Part shown: positions 48,866 to 58,594 of the stretch, in pieces
Layout of the letters: each line of letters begins with the position of its first letter
How positions within the stretch are numbered: the first letter of the stretch is position 1
DNA from: Candidatus Uhrbacteria bacterium
Lineage (GTDB): Bacteria; Patescibacteriota; Patescibacteriia; JACQRZ01
Assembly: GCA_016206155.1 (NCBI GenBank)
Contig: JACQSC010000002.1
Coordinates: 15,473-79,472 of the forward strand
Length of the DNA: 64,000 nt
Reading direction: 5' to 3'
Program-made: the position numbers and the translations under genes
Notes under the pieces: generated by a model
What the model saw: the letters and a program-made list of their open reading frames with translations, nothing else
Told to the model about the DNA's origin: nothing
Databases searched by the model: none

Positions 48866-50627
48866 GACTGTTACCAAAAAAGACATTCTGAAAATCTATT
48901 GGCGCGCGTGCCGCAATCACAAGCCTTCGCTATTCCTGGCCGTGCTTGGCGTTGTCAGCGGAGCCGTCGTATGGATTATCTATCCAATCTACTACAAGGA
49001 GCTCTTTGATCTTCTTGCGCAGTCAGAATCCCCGGATACGCTCTATCCGCAACTCATGCATATTTTTTTCACCCTTCTCTCCGTGTCAATTCTGGCCTGG
49101 ACGCTTCATCGCATCGCTGATTTTGGCAACAACGTCTTCCAAACAAGCGTAAAAGCGGATCTCAAAGAACACGCCTTTAGCGCGCTTCTTCATCATTCAT
49201 ACGCCTTCTTCGCCAACTCATTTGCGGGAGCGCTTGTTCGCCGCGTTCATCGACTTTCCTCAGATGGTTTTGAAGTCTTTGCCGATCGCATGCTCTGGAC
49301 GCTTCTTCCCCTTGCTGTGCAGCTTGCCGGCATTGCGATTGTTTTGTCTCTCAATCTTCCTGTCTTTGCTGTTGCGTTTATCGTCTGGTTTGTGATTTTC
49401 GCCGCAGTCCAAACTTCACTCTCAATCTGGAAGATGCGCTACGACAAAATCCGCGCGGAACGTGATACGGAAAGCACCGCGATTCTTTCTGACGCGCTTG
49501 CCAACCATACGACCATCCAGCTCTTTGCCCGCAAAAAATATGAGTTCAAAAAATTTCGAGAGATCAATCAATCACTACGAAGCATGATGCTCTTTACCTG
49601 GAATCTGAGTGCGATAATCGATGCGGTTCAATTCATCCTCTTCATGGTCATTGAATTTGTCGTACTCTATCTTGCGCTTGGCGCGTGGCGAGACGGGTCA
49701 ATCACGATTGGAACGTTCGTCCTTGTCCAATCCTATATGATCCAGATTTTTGGGCGGTTGTGGGATTTTGGCAGAGCGGTGCGCAGCATCTTTACAAGCT
49801 TCGCCGATGCAAAAGAGATGGTTGAAATAATGCTCAAGCCAGTTGACGTCACGGACACGCCAGGAGCAAAAACCCTTCACGTCATGCATGGCGAAATTGT
49901 CTTTGATCGCGTTTCATTCTCCTACCAAAAAACACGGCGGGTACTCAACGCATTCAGCGGCACCATTCGGGCCGGCGAGCGAGTCGCCCTTGTCGGCCAT
50001 TCCGGCGCGGGGAAATCAACAATTGTGAAGCTCCTGCTCCGTCTTCACGATCTTGAGAGCGGGAAAATACTGATTGACGGACAACATATCCAGAAAGTAA
50101 CTCAAGACAGTCTTCGCGCATCAGTTGCCTTTGTCCCCCAAGAACCGCTTCTGTTCCATCGGACGCTTATGGAAAACATCCGCTACGGCCGCCCTGATGC
50201 GACCGATGATGGGGTCGTCAGGGCTTCGCGCTTGGCGCACTGTGATGAATTTATTCATGATCTTCCGGAACGCTATGACACGCTCGTTGGTGAACGTGGC
50301 ATCAAACTCTCTGGTGGCGAACGCCAACGCATCGCGATTGCGCGAGCGATCTTAAAAAACGCCCCCATCCTCGTTCTTGACGAAGCGACTTCAAGTCTGG
50401 ACTCAGAGTCGGAGATGATGATTCAAGATGCGCTTGCGGCATTGATGAAAAACAAAACAACAATCGCCATTGCGCACCGCCTCTCGACGATCAAACAGAT
50501 GGATCGTATCCTGGTCATTGATGAAGGCAAACTCATAGAAGAAGGCGCGCACGAAGAGCTGATTAAAAAGCGGGGAAGCCTCTATGGGAAGCTATGGAAA
50601 CTTCAGTCCGGTGGATTTCTTGCATAG
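48855..50627 (+). CDS. ABC exporter, fused permease and ATPase (MsbA/type I exporter-like)
   Basis: Six-TM N-terminal domain and a C-terminal NBD with 'GHSGAGKST', 'LSGGERQRIAIARA' and 'ILVLDEATSSLD'. Confidence 0.85.
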   Translation: MRGMTVTKKDILKIYWRACRNHKPSLFLAVLGVVSGAVVWIIYPIYYKELFDLLAQSESPDTLYPQLMHIFFTLLSVSILAWTLHRIADFGNNVFQTSVKADLKEHAFSALLHHSYAFFANSFAGALVRRVHRLSSDGFEVFADRMLWTLLPLAVQLAGIAIVLSLNLPVFAVAFIVWFVIFAAVQTSLSIWKMRYDKIRAERDTESTAILSDALANHTTIQLFARKKYEFKKFREINQSLRSMMLFTWNLSAIIDAVQFILFMVIEFVVLYLALGAWRDGSITIGTFVLVQSYMIQIFGRLWDFGRAVRSIFTSFADAKEMVEIMLKPVDVTDTPGAKTLHVMHGEIVFDRVSFSYQKTRRVLNAFSGTIRAGERVALVGHSGAGKSTIVKLLLRLHDLESGKILIDGQHIQKVTQDSLRASVAFVPQEPLLFHRTLMENIRYGRPDATDDGVVRASRLAHCDEFIHDLPERYDTLVGERGIKLSGGERQRIAIARAILKNAPILVLDEATSSLDSESEMMIQDALAALMKNKTTIAIAHRLSTIKQMDRILVIDEGKLIEEGAHEELIKKRGSLYGKLWKLQSGGFLA

Positions 50628-50630
50628 AAT

Positions 50631-51869
50631 GTGATATACAGTGAGTATATGACAGAGCACATGTACGAGAAACAAATTGCAGAGCTCGGCGATGAAATGG
50701 ATAAAAAGCTCAAAAAACTATCGGAAGCTGATAGTTTACCTTCGGAGGAATTCGTTGCGCGCGCATGCATCCTGCGCGCCGCCTTGCAAGACGTATATGC
50801 AAACGCGCGCGGCGAAACCCCAAACAGCGTGTTTGAACTTCAAGCTCTTTTGTCATCCGAAGAAGCGCGCAATGAAAAGGAGCGTGGAGAATTCCGCCAT
50901 ATAAGCGTTTTACCCGACACACTCAAGGAGGAGATTGTCATACGCGTCGCGTCATTACTGCGTAATCATCCCCCCTATGATACGATTGCCTATCCCCCCA
51001 TGATCCGTGAAGCAACGGGTCTAACCGGCAGCAAACGACAATATTCAGAGTCACTCGAGCGAGATTTAGAACAAGCTGATGTTTCCAGCCATGTTCTCGC
51101 CTTTGTATGGGGTGAACGCATACGCGCGGCTGTCAGTACAATGCTGTCAACGAAACTCTGTGAGTTGCTCAACAAGCACGTGGATCTATCGGTTGGCGGT
51201 TCACCGGAAGCGTTTTGGCGTTTGCAACTTCTCGGCGTACGTCAGGACGAAGAGTATGTGGAGTACGGTCTTCTCTTTCTTCAAAAATTTACCCAACGAA
51301 TGAACGCTCTGACACAGAGAAGCGCGGAGATGTTCTATGGTGATGAAGCGGCGCGTGCGCTTCTGCTCTGGAGGGCGCTTCTTTCAGTAAAACGGGGAAC
51401 CAAACCAATCAAAGAATTCCGTCAAGCATGCGCTTCCGCTCTTGTGTACCACCGCTATAGCGAGGCAGAGGAGGAGCTGAGTCGCGCGGTCGCCAAAACG
51501 CCACTTCTATTTACTGAAGCGCAACGAAAGACATTCCATGCAAAGCGCCTCATCCCGGCAGAACCGAAAACGCAAGAGCAGCCCCTTTCTCTGTATCAGC
51601 AACGCACACGCGAACAACTTTCGCGTATCGAAACATTTGTTGGAAAAACGTTTGTATCAAAAAAAGGTCATCTCTGGCATGTTGTCAAGGCAGGACTTGA
51701 AGTAGTTTATGGCCAGCGGGGTTTTCATCCCGGAGTAAAACTTTTGAAGTTTGGAACAAAAAAATATCCTCGCGTCAACCCAACGTACGCCCCTACAACA
51801 TATTTGTCCCCAAATGAGTTTTTGGGAAAAATGGAGCGGGAAGAATGGAATGAATGGAACCCGAAATAA
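50631..51869 (+). CDS. hypothetical protein (412 aa), translationally coupled to the ABC exporter
   Basis: Starts 4 nt after the exporter stop. No recognisable domains, predicted soluble. Confidence 0.35.
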   Translation: MIYSEYMTEHMYEKQIAELGDEMDKKLKKLSEADSLPSEEFVARACILRAALQDVYANARGETPNSVFELQALLSSEEARNEKERGEFRHISVLPDTLKEEIVIRVASLLRNHPPYDTIAYPPMIREATGLTGSKRQYSESLERDLEQADVSSHVLAFVWGERIRAAVSTMLSTKLCELLNKHVDLSVGGSPEAFWRLQLLGVRQDEEYVEYGLLFLQKFTQRMNALTQRSAEMFYGDEAARALLLWRALLSVKRGTKPIKEFRQACASALVYHRYSEAEEELSRAVAKTPLLFTEAQRKTFHAKRLIPAEPKTQEQPLSLYQQRTREQLSRIETFVGKTFVSKKGHLWHVVKAGLEVVYGQRGFHPGVKLLKFGTKKYPRVNPTYAPTTYLSPNEFLGKMEREEWNEWNPK

Positions 51870-51899
51870 ATCCGCCACTAATGCGCATGGCCGAGATCC

Positions 51900-54452
51900 T
51901 CAGATCATTTTTTGCTGTCCGCTGTCTGGTTTTTTGATGTTCAAATGCTCATACGCACGATCGGTTGCGATACGTCCGCGGGGAGTGCGATTAAGAAATC
52001 CGATTTGCAATAAAAACGGTTCACAGACCTCTTCCACGGTTTCCATCTCCTCGGCAATGGATGCGGCGATCGTGTTTAGTCCTACGGGGCCGCCGTTAAA
52101 TTTTTCGATGATTGTGTGAAGAATTTTTCGATCAACTGCATCAAGCCCCTGCTCATCAACGCCAAGCTTGTGCAATGCCTCTGATGTTTGTGTATGACCA
52201 ATAGTGCCATCACCTTTGATCTGCGCGTAATCGCGTACGCGCTTAAGCAAGCGATTTGCAATACGCGGTGTTGAGCGGGAGCGGCGAGCAATCTCTTCTG
52301 CCGCTGACTGATCTATCGCTACGCCTAAAATTCGTGCTGAACGCTCAACGATCTGCATAATCTCTTCCGAGGTATAAAAATCAAGATGAAAAAGCGTGCC
52401 AAATCGATCGCGGAGCGGACCCGTTAGCAAACTCATGCGCGTGGTTGCACCCACAAGCGTAAACTTAGGGAGGTCAAGACGAATGGTGCGCGCGGACGGC
52501 CCTTTCCCGAGTACGATATCAAGCGCATAATCTTCCATCGCTGGATACAGCGCTTCGGAAATGCTTTTTGACAAACGGTGAATCTCATCGATAAAAAGAA
52601 TGTCACCATCAGAGAGGTTGGTCAGAATCGCCGCCAAGTCACCAACTCGCTCAAGCGCTGAGCCGGATGTCACGCGCACCTGCACCCCGCGCTCATTGGC
52701 GATGACGTGTGAAAGTGTCGTGTTGTGATTCACGAACGAGTTTGCGACGAATGAATGTGTTTTGGGTACACAAAAATCATAAACCTCTGCCTTCTGATGT
52801 TCAATGGAAGAGATACTATCCCAGTAGTATTGTGGATCCATCAGCGCCTTTAACGTTGAAAATTCTTGATTCATTTTAGCTGAATCTGGAAGAAGGGCAA
52901 GATATTTTTCTATCGTAGTGCGAGAAAAAGATCTATCTTCATTTCTTGCATGTTGGAATCTATGATGCAGATTACGAGGATGGGGACGAGTCGCGGTAAG
53001 AATTTTGTAGAGGAGCGACGAGGCGTACGGAACGACCTCTGAACGAGAAAATCCACGTTTACTGCTTTTTAATATTGAAAGTCGCTCTTGCTTCCTTCTC
53101 AGTCGAAAACCTATCGTTTTATAAAAAATTTCTGCATTTTTTCCACCCACAAACAACTGCCAATATCGTTCACCCTTTACTATTTTTTTCTCACGGTGCG
53201 CGATGATGCCAAAATTTGCAAGAAGAATTTGAGTTTGCCGTGCAAGAACGGTGGATTTTGTATAGAAATCAACATAGCCATCACACCGAGCTGAACCATC
53301 GGCGTCAAATAAACCCTGAAAAAAACCACATACAACGCGCGCGGGGCTTTTCAATATTGCTGACGGGATACTTTTTTCTGCCGCTCGTGCCGGATGTATG
53401 CCAAGGGAAATCAAAAGATGTCCAAAATTTTGACTAAATCGCATCCGCGGAGCTCTATTTTCATAAACCCCAAGACTGGGAGTCCAGCCAAATTGTTCCC
53501 TGATAATCCTGCTTATTTCTTGCTGGATGTCTTTTTCGCTTACGGTAATATCGCACGCTGGATAATTCATCTGAAATTCAAAATGACCATCGCCGATAAG
53601 AAGGCCAATCACATATGCGAGATCCTCATTGACAACATGTGGTTTTTTCCATCTTAATGCGCTTATTTCTAATGATGGGGCTTCATACAGTGTACTCTTA
53701 ATCTTTCTTCCATCACTGAGAGATAAATTCAATCTGTGGGCGGTAATGGGAATGGTAATATTTCTTCTCACTGCTCCAGCATATGCATATTCAAGCTCAT
53801 GAGCTGTTGGAGCTCGTTCAAGCGCCTGAACAAGAGCGGCACGCAACGAGACTGTGCGATGTTCTGTATGCTCTTTTCTCTGTGCGGGACTATAATACAG
53901 CGGCTCAAAGTCAATAGTTTGCGACGGTCCCCAAAGATGAGTACCCCGCATGATCGCAACATAGTCAGTTTGAGAAATTGCAGCGAGATTTTTCCACTGC
54001 GGTCCATTGGGGGTTGCGATGAGGACTGGATGATTAACCGTGCCTTCAATCTGAAATCCCGATCTGGTTGTGATCCGAATGGTTTGCCGGTATCCCCCGT
54101 AATAGATATGCGATGTATTTTCGAGACCCTCGCGACCATAAATATTTAAAGAAAGTGGTGCGTACGAATCCGAATTAAGGGGACGAAGAATAAAATCCTG
54201 AATGTGAAAGATGCCCCGATCGCTTAAGACAAGGCTATCCCCAGTAATACATTTCCCCAAGCCAGGCGCGCCGGAGAGAAGAACGTGCTCAAGCGGCTCA
54301 TTGCGCTGTTTTGATGCTTCGATAAAAATTTCGAGTGATTCTCGAATCTTTATCTGGCCGATGTATTCACGCAGAGTCCGCGGACGCAAGGTGGCATCGT
54401 CGCTCGACTCATCGGTCTTTGCTTGTTGTGCTGAAAATTCCTCGTCGCTCAT
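51900..54452 (-). CDS. ruvB: Holliday junction helicase RuvB interrupted by a 510 aa intein
   Basis: Extein: 'SGAPGLGK | [10 protein letters not shown]...[10 protein letters not shown]...' is the RuvB Walker A/B and sensor region. The 67 aa N-extein plus 273 aa C-extein give 340 aa, a normal RuvB size. Confidence 0.9.
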   Translation of the reverse strand: MSDEEFSAQQAKTDESSDDATLRPRTLREYIGQIKIRESLEIFIEASKQRNEPLEHVLLSGAPGLGKCITGDSLVLSDRGIFHIQDFILRPLNSDSYAPLSLNIYGREGLENTSHIYYGGYRQTIRITTRSGFQIEGTVNHPVLIATPNGPQWKNLAAISQTDYVAIMRGTHLWGPSQTIDFEPLYYSPAQRKEHTEHRTVSLRAALVQALERAPTAHELEYAYAGAVRRNITIPITAHRLNLSLSDGRKIKSTLYEAPSLEISALRWKKPHVVNEDLAYVIGLLIGDGHFEFQMNYPACDITVSEKDIQQEISRIIREQFGWTPSLGVYENRAPRMRFSQNFGHLLISLGIHPARAAEKSIPSAILKSPARVVCGFFQGLFDADGSARCDGYVDFYTKSTVLARQTQILLANFGIIAHREKKIVKGERYWQLFVGGKNAEIFYKTIGFRLRRKQERLSILKSSKRGFSRSEVVPYASSLLYKILTATRPHPRNLHHRFQHARNEDRSFSRTTIEKYLALLPDSAKMNQEFSTLKALMDPQYYWDSISSIEHQKAEVYDFCVPKTHSFVANSFVNHNTTLSHVIANERGVQVRVTSGSALERVGDLAAILTNLSDGDILFIDEIHRLSKSISEALYPAMEDYALDIVLGKGPSARTIRLDLPKFTLVGATTRMSLLTGPLRDRFGTLFHLDFYTSEEIMQIVERSARILGVAIDQSAAEEIARRSRSTPRIANRLLKRVRDYAQIKGDGTIGHTQTSEALHKLGVDEQGLDAVDRKILHTIIEKFNGGPVGLNTIAASIAEEMETVEEVCEPFLLQIGFLNRTPRGRIATDRAYEHLNIKKPDSGQQKMI
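52722..54251 (-). other. intein with a LAGLIDADG homing-endonuclease domain, inserted in the RuvB P-loop between GLGK and TT
   Basis: Starts '[10 protein letters not shown]' (Cys1) and ends 'SFVNHN' before Thr+1. Endonuclease motifs '[14 protein letters not shown]' and '[15 protein letters not shown]'. Confidence 0.85.
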
Positions 54453-54838
54453 ACTACTGGTATATTCATCTTCTTTGCAATCTGCTTAAGTTGACGATCA
54501 AATGTAACGACGGAAAGGTTCATGCGCTGCGCGCGCATGAGAAGGGTACTATCAACAAATGAAATGCGTTGTGGAAGTGAGGCAAAAAAAGTAATTTCAT
54601 CATCGAGCCATTCACCGAGCATCGTCATGTGATCTGATTGAACAAGGTATTCCAAAAACAAATCCGCCTGCTCTTTTGAATGTTTGTATGTTAGCACTGT
54701 CGCAACCTCGCCAACTGCGCCAGAAGTAATATACAGCGTTCCGTTCAACACTTCCATCAGATGTACCGCATCCTGATGGTTGGCATCAAAATCCAAAAAC
54801 AATGCGACGAATATCGAACTGTCAACGAGATACGCCAT
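54449..54838 (-). CDS. vapC: PIN-domain toxin (VapC-like)
   Basis: '[14 protein letters not shown]...D' N-terminal PIN acidic residues, about 130 aa, downstream of an AbrB-type antitoxin. Confidence 0.65.
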   Translation of the reverse strand: MAYLVDSSIFVALFLDFDANHQDAVHLMEVLNGTLYITSGAVGEVATVLTYKHSKEQADLFLEYLVQSDHMTMLGEWLDDEITFFASLPQRISFVDSTLLMRAQRMNLSVVTFDRQLKQIAKKMNIPVV

Positions 54839-55076
54839 AGACGATAGTGTCAACGTTCTCGCTTGTGCATTGCTTCTTTTTCTTCGTGGGAATAACAAAC
54901 TGCCTCCACTGTTGAGCGCGAGGTGTTCGCGGCAGTACGTGCTTAATAAGAATAGTCGTCTGTTCTTGTCCGATAAGTACCGGCGTTCCCTCTTTGAAGC
55001 GAAGATTGCGTGTAATCGTACGGGGCAGGCGAACCGCCAAACTATTGCCCCATTTTTGAACTTTTGTCTGTTCCAT
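54822..55076 (-). CDS. vapB: AbrB/MazE-type (SpoVT-AbrB fold) antitoxin, VapB-like
   Basis: 'MEQTKVQKWGNSLAVRLPRTI' is the swapped-hairpin AbrB motif. Overlaps the PIN gene start. Confidence 0.65.
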   Translation of the reverse strand: MEQTKVQKWGNSLAVRLPRTITRNLRFKEGTPVLIGQEQTTILIKHVLPRTPRAQQWRQFVIPTKKKKQCTSENVDTIVYGVSR

Positions 55077-55129
55077 AGATGTGTTCGATAATGTATATAC
55101 ATATAAGTATATACATATGATTCTGCTTG

Positions 55130-55582
55130 TCAAGTGAACAAATGAAATGTAAAAACAATGGCGTTCTTAGGAATAAGCTTACTGACCCGTTCGGGCCACT
55201 CAACCGCAGTAAGGGTATGCGCATCTCCAATATACTCCACGGCACCAATCGCGGCAAGCTCGGCGGATGAGGAAAGGCGATACGCATCGATGTGGCAAAG
55301 CTGAGTGATGTTGTTGATCGGTTTTGGCAACGCATAAATTTTCATCAACACAAACGTTGGGCTCGTAATCTGCTCCGCGATGCCAAGCGCTTTTGCAAGA
55401 CCTTGCACAAATGTTGTTTTGCCAGCGCCAAGATCTCCGGATAACGCAAGCACATCGCCGCCGCGCAATTCCTTAAAAATCTTTTGTGCGAGAAGATGAG
55501 TCTGGTGAGCAGAACGAGTTTTATATACCTTCTTACTGCCATTGCTTTCGATGGTAATCGTCCGTTCATTCATAGTTCCCAT
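55130..55582 (-). CDS. tsaE: tRNA threonylcarbamoyladenosine biosynthesis protein TsaE (YjeE)
   Basis: '[26 protein letters not shown]' P-loop typical of TsaE, about 150 aa. Confidence 0.8.
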   Translation of the reverse strand: MGTMNERTITIESNGSKKVYKTRSAHQTHLLAQKIFKELRGGDVLALSGDLGAGKTTFVQGLAKALGIAEQITSPTFVLMKIYALPKPINNITQLCHIDAYRLSSSAELAAIGAVEYIGDAHTLTAVEWPERVSKLIPKNAIVFTFHLFT

Positions 55583-56640
55583 CCCCCTTTCACATCAAGT
55601 TTCTGCAACGGGGTAAAATCGTTTTTTTGCGCGTGAAAATATCCCGCCATGGCAATCATCGCGGCGTTGTCAGTGCAAAAGGCAAGAGCGGGAATGTGCA
55701 GTACACACTGTGGCGCTTCGCGCTCAAGATCAGTTTGCATCCGCGAGCGAAGCTCTGCATTTGCAACAACCCCTCCGCCCAACAATACACTCTTGACGCG
55801 ATACAGTTGAGCGGCCCGCGAAGTCTTTGCAACGAGTACATCAACCGCGGCTCGCTGGAATGATGCGCAAAGATCGGGGATTATTTCTTTTGAAAATATT
55901 TCTTGCGCATTTAGCTCGCGCACACAATAGAGTACCGACGTCTTCAGCCCACTGAAACTAAAATCGAAAATGCGCGTGCTATCATTTAAGAGCGCGCGCG
56001 GAAAGTCGAACCGTTGAGAATCACCGGATTCTGCATGGCGCGAAATCGCGGGACCGCCCGGATATCCCAGACCAAGTATTTTTGCCACTTTATCGAATGC
56101 CTCACCGACCGCATCGTCGAGTGTTTGGCCAACTTTTTTATACTTCCCATGATCGCGCATGAGAATAAGTTCGGTGTGCCCGCCTGATGCAATGAGTACC
56201 AATGCCGGAAACTCAATGTTTGAAATTTGAAATTTGAAATTTGAAATTCCTCCGACTGGTGGAAGCCAGTTGGAGTATAGATGTCCCTCAATATGGTTGA
56301 CGGCAACAATCGGAATATTCCAGAGAACGCTCAGCGCCCGGGCACACGCAACGCCGACAGAGACGGAGGTGACAAGTCCCGGGCCAACCGTTACCGCAAT
56401 ATAGTCAGGCCTGCCTGCCGAATGGGCAGGTTTTCTCTTTGAGTATGCTTTTGTGATGACTGCAAGTATTGAACCCACGTGATTGCGCGCGGCAACCTCG
56501 GGCACAACTCCGCCGGTTTTTGCATGGATGGATACTTGCGAAGCGCAAACATTCGATACGAGCAGAGCGCGCGCTCCACGCACCTCCAGCACAGCGGCGG
56601 CTGTTTCATCACATGACGACTCAATACCCAAAATGATCAT
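55570..56640 (-). CDS. tsaD: tRNA N6-adenosine threonylcarbamoyltransferase TsaD (Kae1/YgjD)
   Basis: 'MIILGIESSCDETAAAVL', 'HIEGHL', 'SGGHTELI'. Contains an in-frame heptamer-repeat insertion encoding 'ISNFKFQISNIEF'. Confidence 0.9.
   Translation of the reverse strand: MIILGIESSCDETAAAVLEVRGARALLVSNVCASQVSIHAKTGGVVPEVAARNHVGSILAVITKAYSKRKPAHSAGRPDYIAVTVGPGLVTSVSVGVACARALSVLWNIPIVAVNHIEGHLYSNWLPPVGGISNFKFQISNIEFPALVLIASGGHTELILMRDHGKYKKVGQTLDDAVGEAFDKVAKILGLGYPGGPAISRHAESGDSQRFDFPRALLNDSTRIFDFSFSGLKTSVLYCVRELNAQEIFSKEIIPDLCASFQRAAVDVLVAKTSRAAQLYRVKSVLLGGGVVANAELRSRMQTDLEREAPQCVLHIPALAFCTDNAAMIAMAGYFHAQKNDFTPLQKLDVKGGWEL
56219..56246. repeat. tandem heptamer (tttgaaa) x4 inside the tsaD coding sequence
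   Basis: Read directly: 'tttgaaatttgaaatttgaaatttgaaa'. Confidence 0.9.
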
Positions 56641-56712
56641 AATCGTGTAACCTTATCATATCGTGAAAAATTTTCCACTTCCCACCCGCTCGGTTCATGA
56701 AATTTCATATTT

Positions 56713-58458
56713 TTGTTCATTTCTGGTAGTATTCTGTTGACATTGCGTGACGCGCCATCTATGAAATCTCCGCTTGCATCACACAGTCATGAAATTATTG
56801 TTTTTCTCATTGCGATCATTTTTTTTGCCGCGATGAGTTATTTTGTCGTACTTGCGCATTCGGGAAATTTTTTAAAATTCTCATCGCCTGATGAATCGGC
56901 AAATTATTTCTTTTCGCGCCTCTATGCTGAAACCGGCAATCTCACACTCTTTGAGCCGCGCAATCTTATCGCCACGGATCTTATTCATACGCGCAGTATT
57001 CGCAGCGATTACGGCGTGCTTAAACCGGTCAGCTTTCTGGGCCTTCCCCTGCTATACGGATCGCTTGGAGCGCTGATCGGCGTATGGGTTCTGCCATACC
57101 TTACGCCGTTTCTTGCCAGCCTCGGCATTCTCTTTTTTTACTTTTTTTTGATTAAAATTTTTGACAAAACAACCGCGCTGGTCGCATCGTTCTTTCTCGC
57201 GGTCTTTCCTATCTACGGATATTATACCGCGCATGCACTGTTTCACAATGTTCCTTTTTTTGTCTTTTTCATCGCGGGGATGTCCTGCGCCGTACGAATG
57301 GCTGATACTTCGCGAATACGCGCGCTCTTCTTTTCAGGCGCTGGCGGTATTTTTTTTGGGCTTGCGCTTGCAATGAGAACATCGGAGGCGCTTTGGTTGA
57401 TTCCGACACTGCTTCTTTGTGCGATACTGTATATACGAAAGATCGGCGTTTTGCGATTAGCGCTTGGCACAACTTTTCTTGTTGCTGTTCTTTCCATGAT
57501 TGGAGCATGGAATACCGTTTTGTACGGATCGCCGCTCGCCGGAGGATATCCGGGAATGAATGAATCTATCGCGGTAATAAACGCAACTCCACAGACGCTT
57601 GCCTCGTCGTTTGTTGCGCAAAACTGGTCTGCGGTAAACGAAGCGGCGCATCGATTGAAAGAGGCGCTCTTTCCTTTGGGTCTAAATGGTGATCTCGCAT
57701 TCCGGCGCGCCTATCAGTATGGTGTTCTAATGTTTCCTTGGCTTGCTCTTTTGGCCGCTCTTGGTTTTTTGCTGCGTTTCAGATGCTGGCGTGAACATGG
57801 ATATACACTGGCTGTTTATGGTGCGAGCGTAGCGCTATTCTCAATAATTCTTATTCTCTATTACGGAAGTTGGACATTTTACGAAAATCAAAACGCCCCG
57901 ACGCTTACTGTCGGAAATTCTTATTTGCGCTATTGGCTGCCCATCTATGCCGCTCTTCTACCATTTGCGGCGTTCTGTATCTGCGCGGGCGCACAATGGG
58001 TGAGCGGAATCGTGAATGGCTGGCTGCGCGTGGCGCTGCGGACAATGATCTCTGCCGGAATCATCGGCGCCATTGCTTTCGTATCTCTCTCATTCCTGCT
58101 TAACGATCCGGGGGAAGGACTTTTGAAATTTCTCGAACGTCAGGAGCGCGCGCGTGAAGAATACTCGGCAGTTCTTCAGAAAACAGAGGAGCGTGCGATT
58201 ATCATCACGCGGTACCACGACAAATTGTTTTTTCCCGAACGCAGCGTCATTGTCGGATCGCTTGATATTCCGGATATCGTCAGCGCGTATGCGGCGCTTG
58301 CGCAAAAAATACCGCTCTATTATTACAATTTTGCCTTTTCTCCTGAGGATATCCACTACCTAAATACCCGCCGACTGGCCCGCTTCGGCCTTGAAATTGA
58401 ACCAACCGATGTTGCTGTCGATCGCTTCAGATTATACCGATTGAGGACAGCACAATAA
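56713..58458 (+). CDS. polytopic membrane glycosyltransferase, PMT/ArnT-like (GT39/GT83-type), tentative
   Basis: More than 10 TM helices with the periplasmic loops of dolichyl/undecaprenyl-phosphate sugar transferases. Adjacent to a GtrA-GT2 gene. Confidence 0.45.
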   Translation: MFISGSILLTLRDAPSMKSPLASHSHEIIVFLIAIIFFAAMSYFVVLAHSGNFLKFSSPDESANYFFSRLYAETGNLTLFEPRNLIATDLIHTRSIRSDYGVLKPVSFLGLPLLYGSLGALIGVWVLPYLTPFLASLGILFFYFFLIKIFDKTTALVASFFLAVFPIYGYYTAHALFHNVPFFVFFIAGMSCAVRMADTSRIRALFFSGAGGIFFGLALAMRTSEALWLIPTLLLCAILYIRKIGVLRLALGTTFLVAVLSMIGAWNTVLYGSPLAGGYPGMNESIAVINATPQTLASSFVAQNWSAVNEAAHRLKEALFPLGLNGDLAFRRAYQYGVLMFPWLALLAALGFLLRFRCWREHGYTLAVYGASVALFSIILILYYGSWTFYENQNAPTLTVGNSYLRYWLPIYAALLPFAAFCICAGAQWVSGIVNGWLRVALRTMISAGIIGAIAFVSLSFLLNDPGEGLLKFLERQERAREEYSAVLQKTEERAIIITRYHDKLFFPERSVIVGSLDIPDIVSAYAALAQKIPLYYYNFAFSPEDIHYLNTRRLARFGLEIEPTDVAVDRFRLYRLRTAQ

Positions 58459-58477
58459 TGGATTGCCATTTCTCTTT

Positions 58478-58550
58478 CAGCGCATTTTTGTGGCGAAATT
58501 GGGCAGAAATGAGCCGGAATAAATACATAATGGTATTTTTCACCACTCTC
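58478..58550. mobile_element. partial copy (one end) of the 41414..41583 MITE, opposite orientation
   Basis: 'tatttttcaccactctc' TIR at 58534..58550. The adjacent 'ttccggctcatttctgcccaatttcgccacaaaaatgcgc' matches the MITE interior in reverse complement. Confidence 0.7.
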
Positions 58551-58594
58551 AAGATGGTTGGCAATTGCGGGAGGGGTAATGTACAATACTGCGC

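Noticed and set aside
53768-54149. Overlapping 120 to 137 aa ORFs inside the ruvB region on both strands
   Set aside because: They lie within the intein-coding sequence, which has clear splicing and LAGLIDADG motifs in the ruvB frame. Alternative frames have no motifs.
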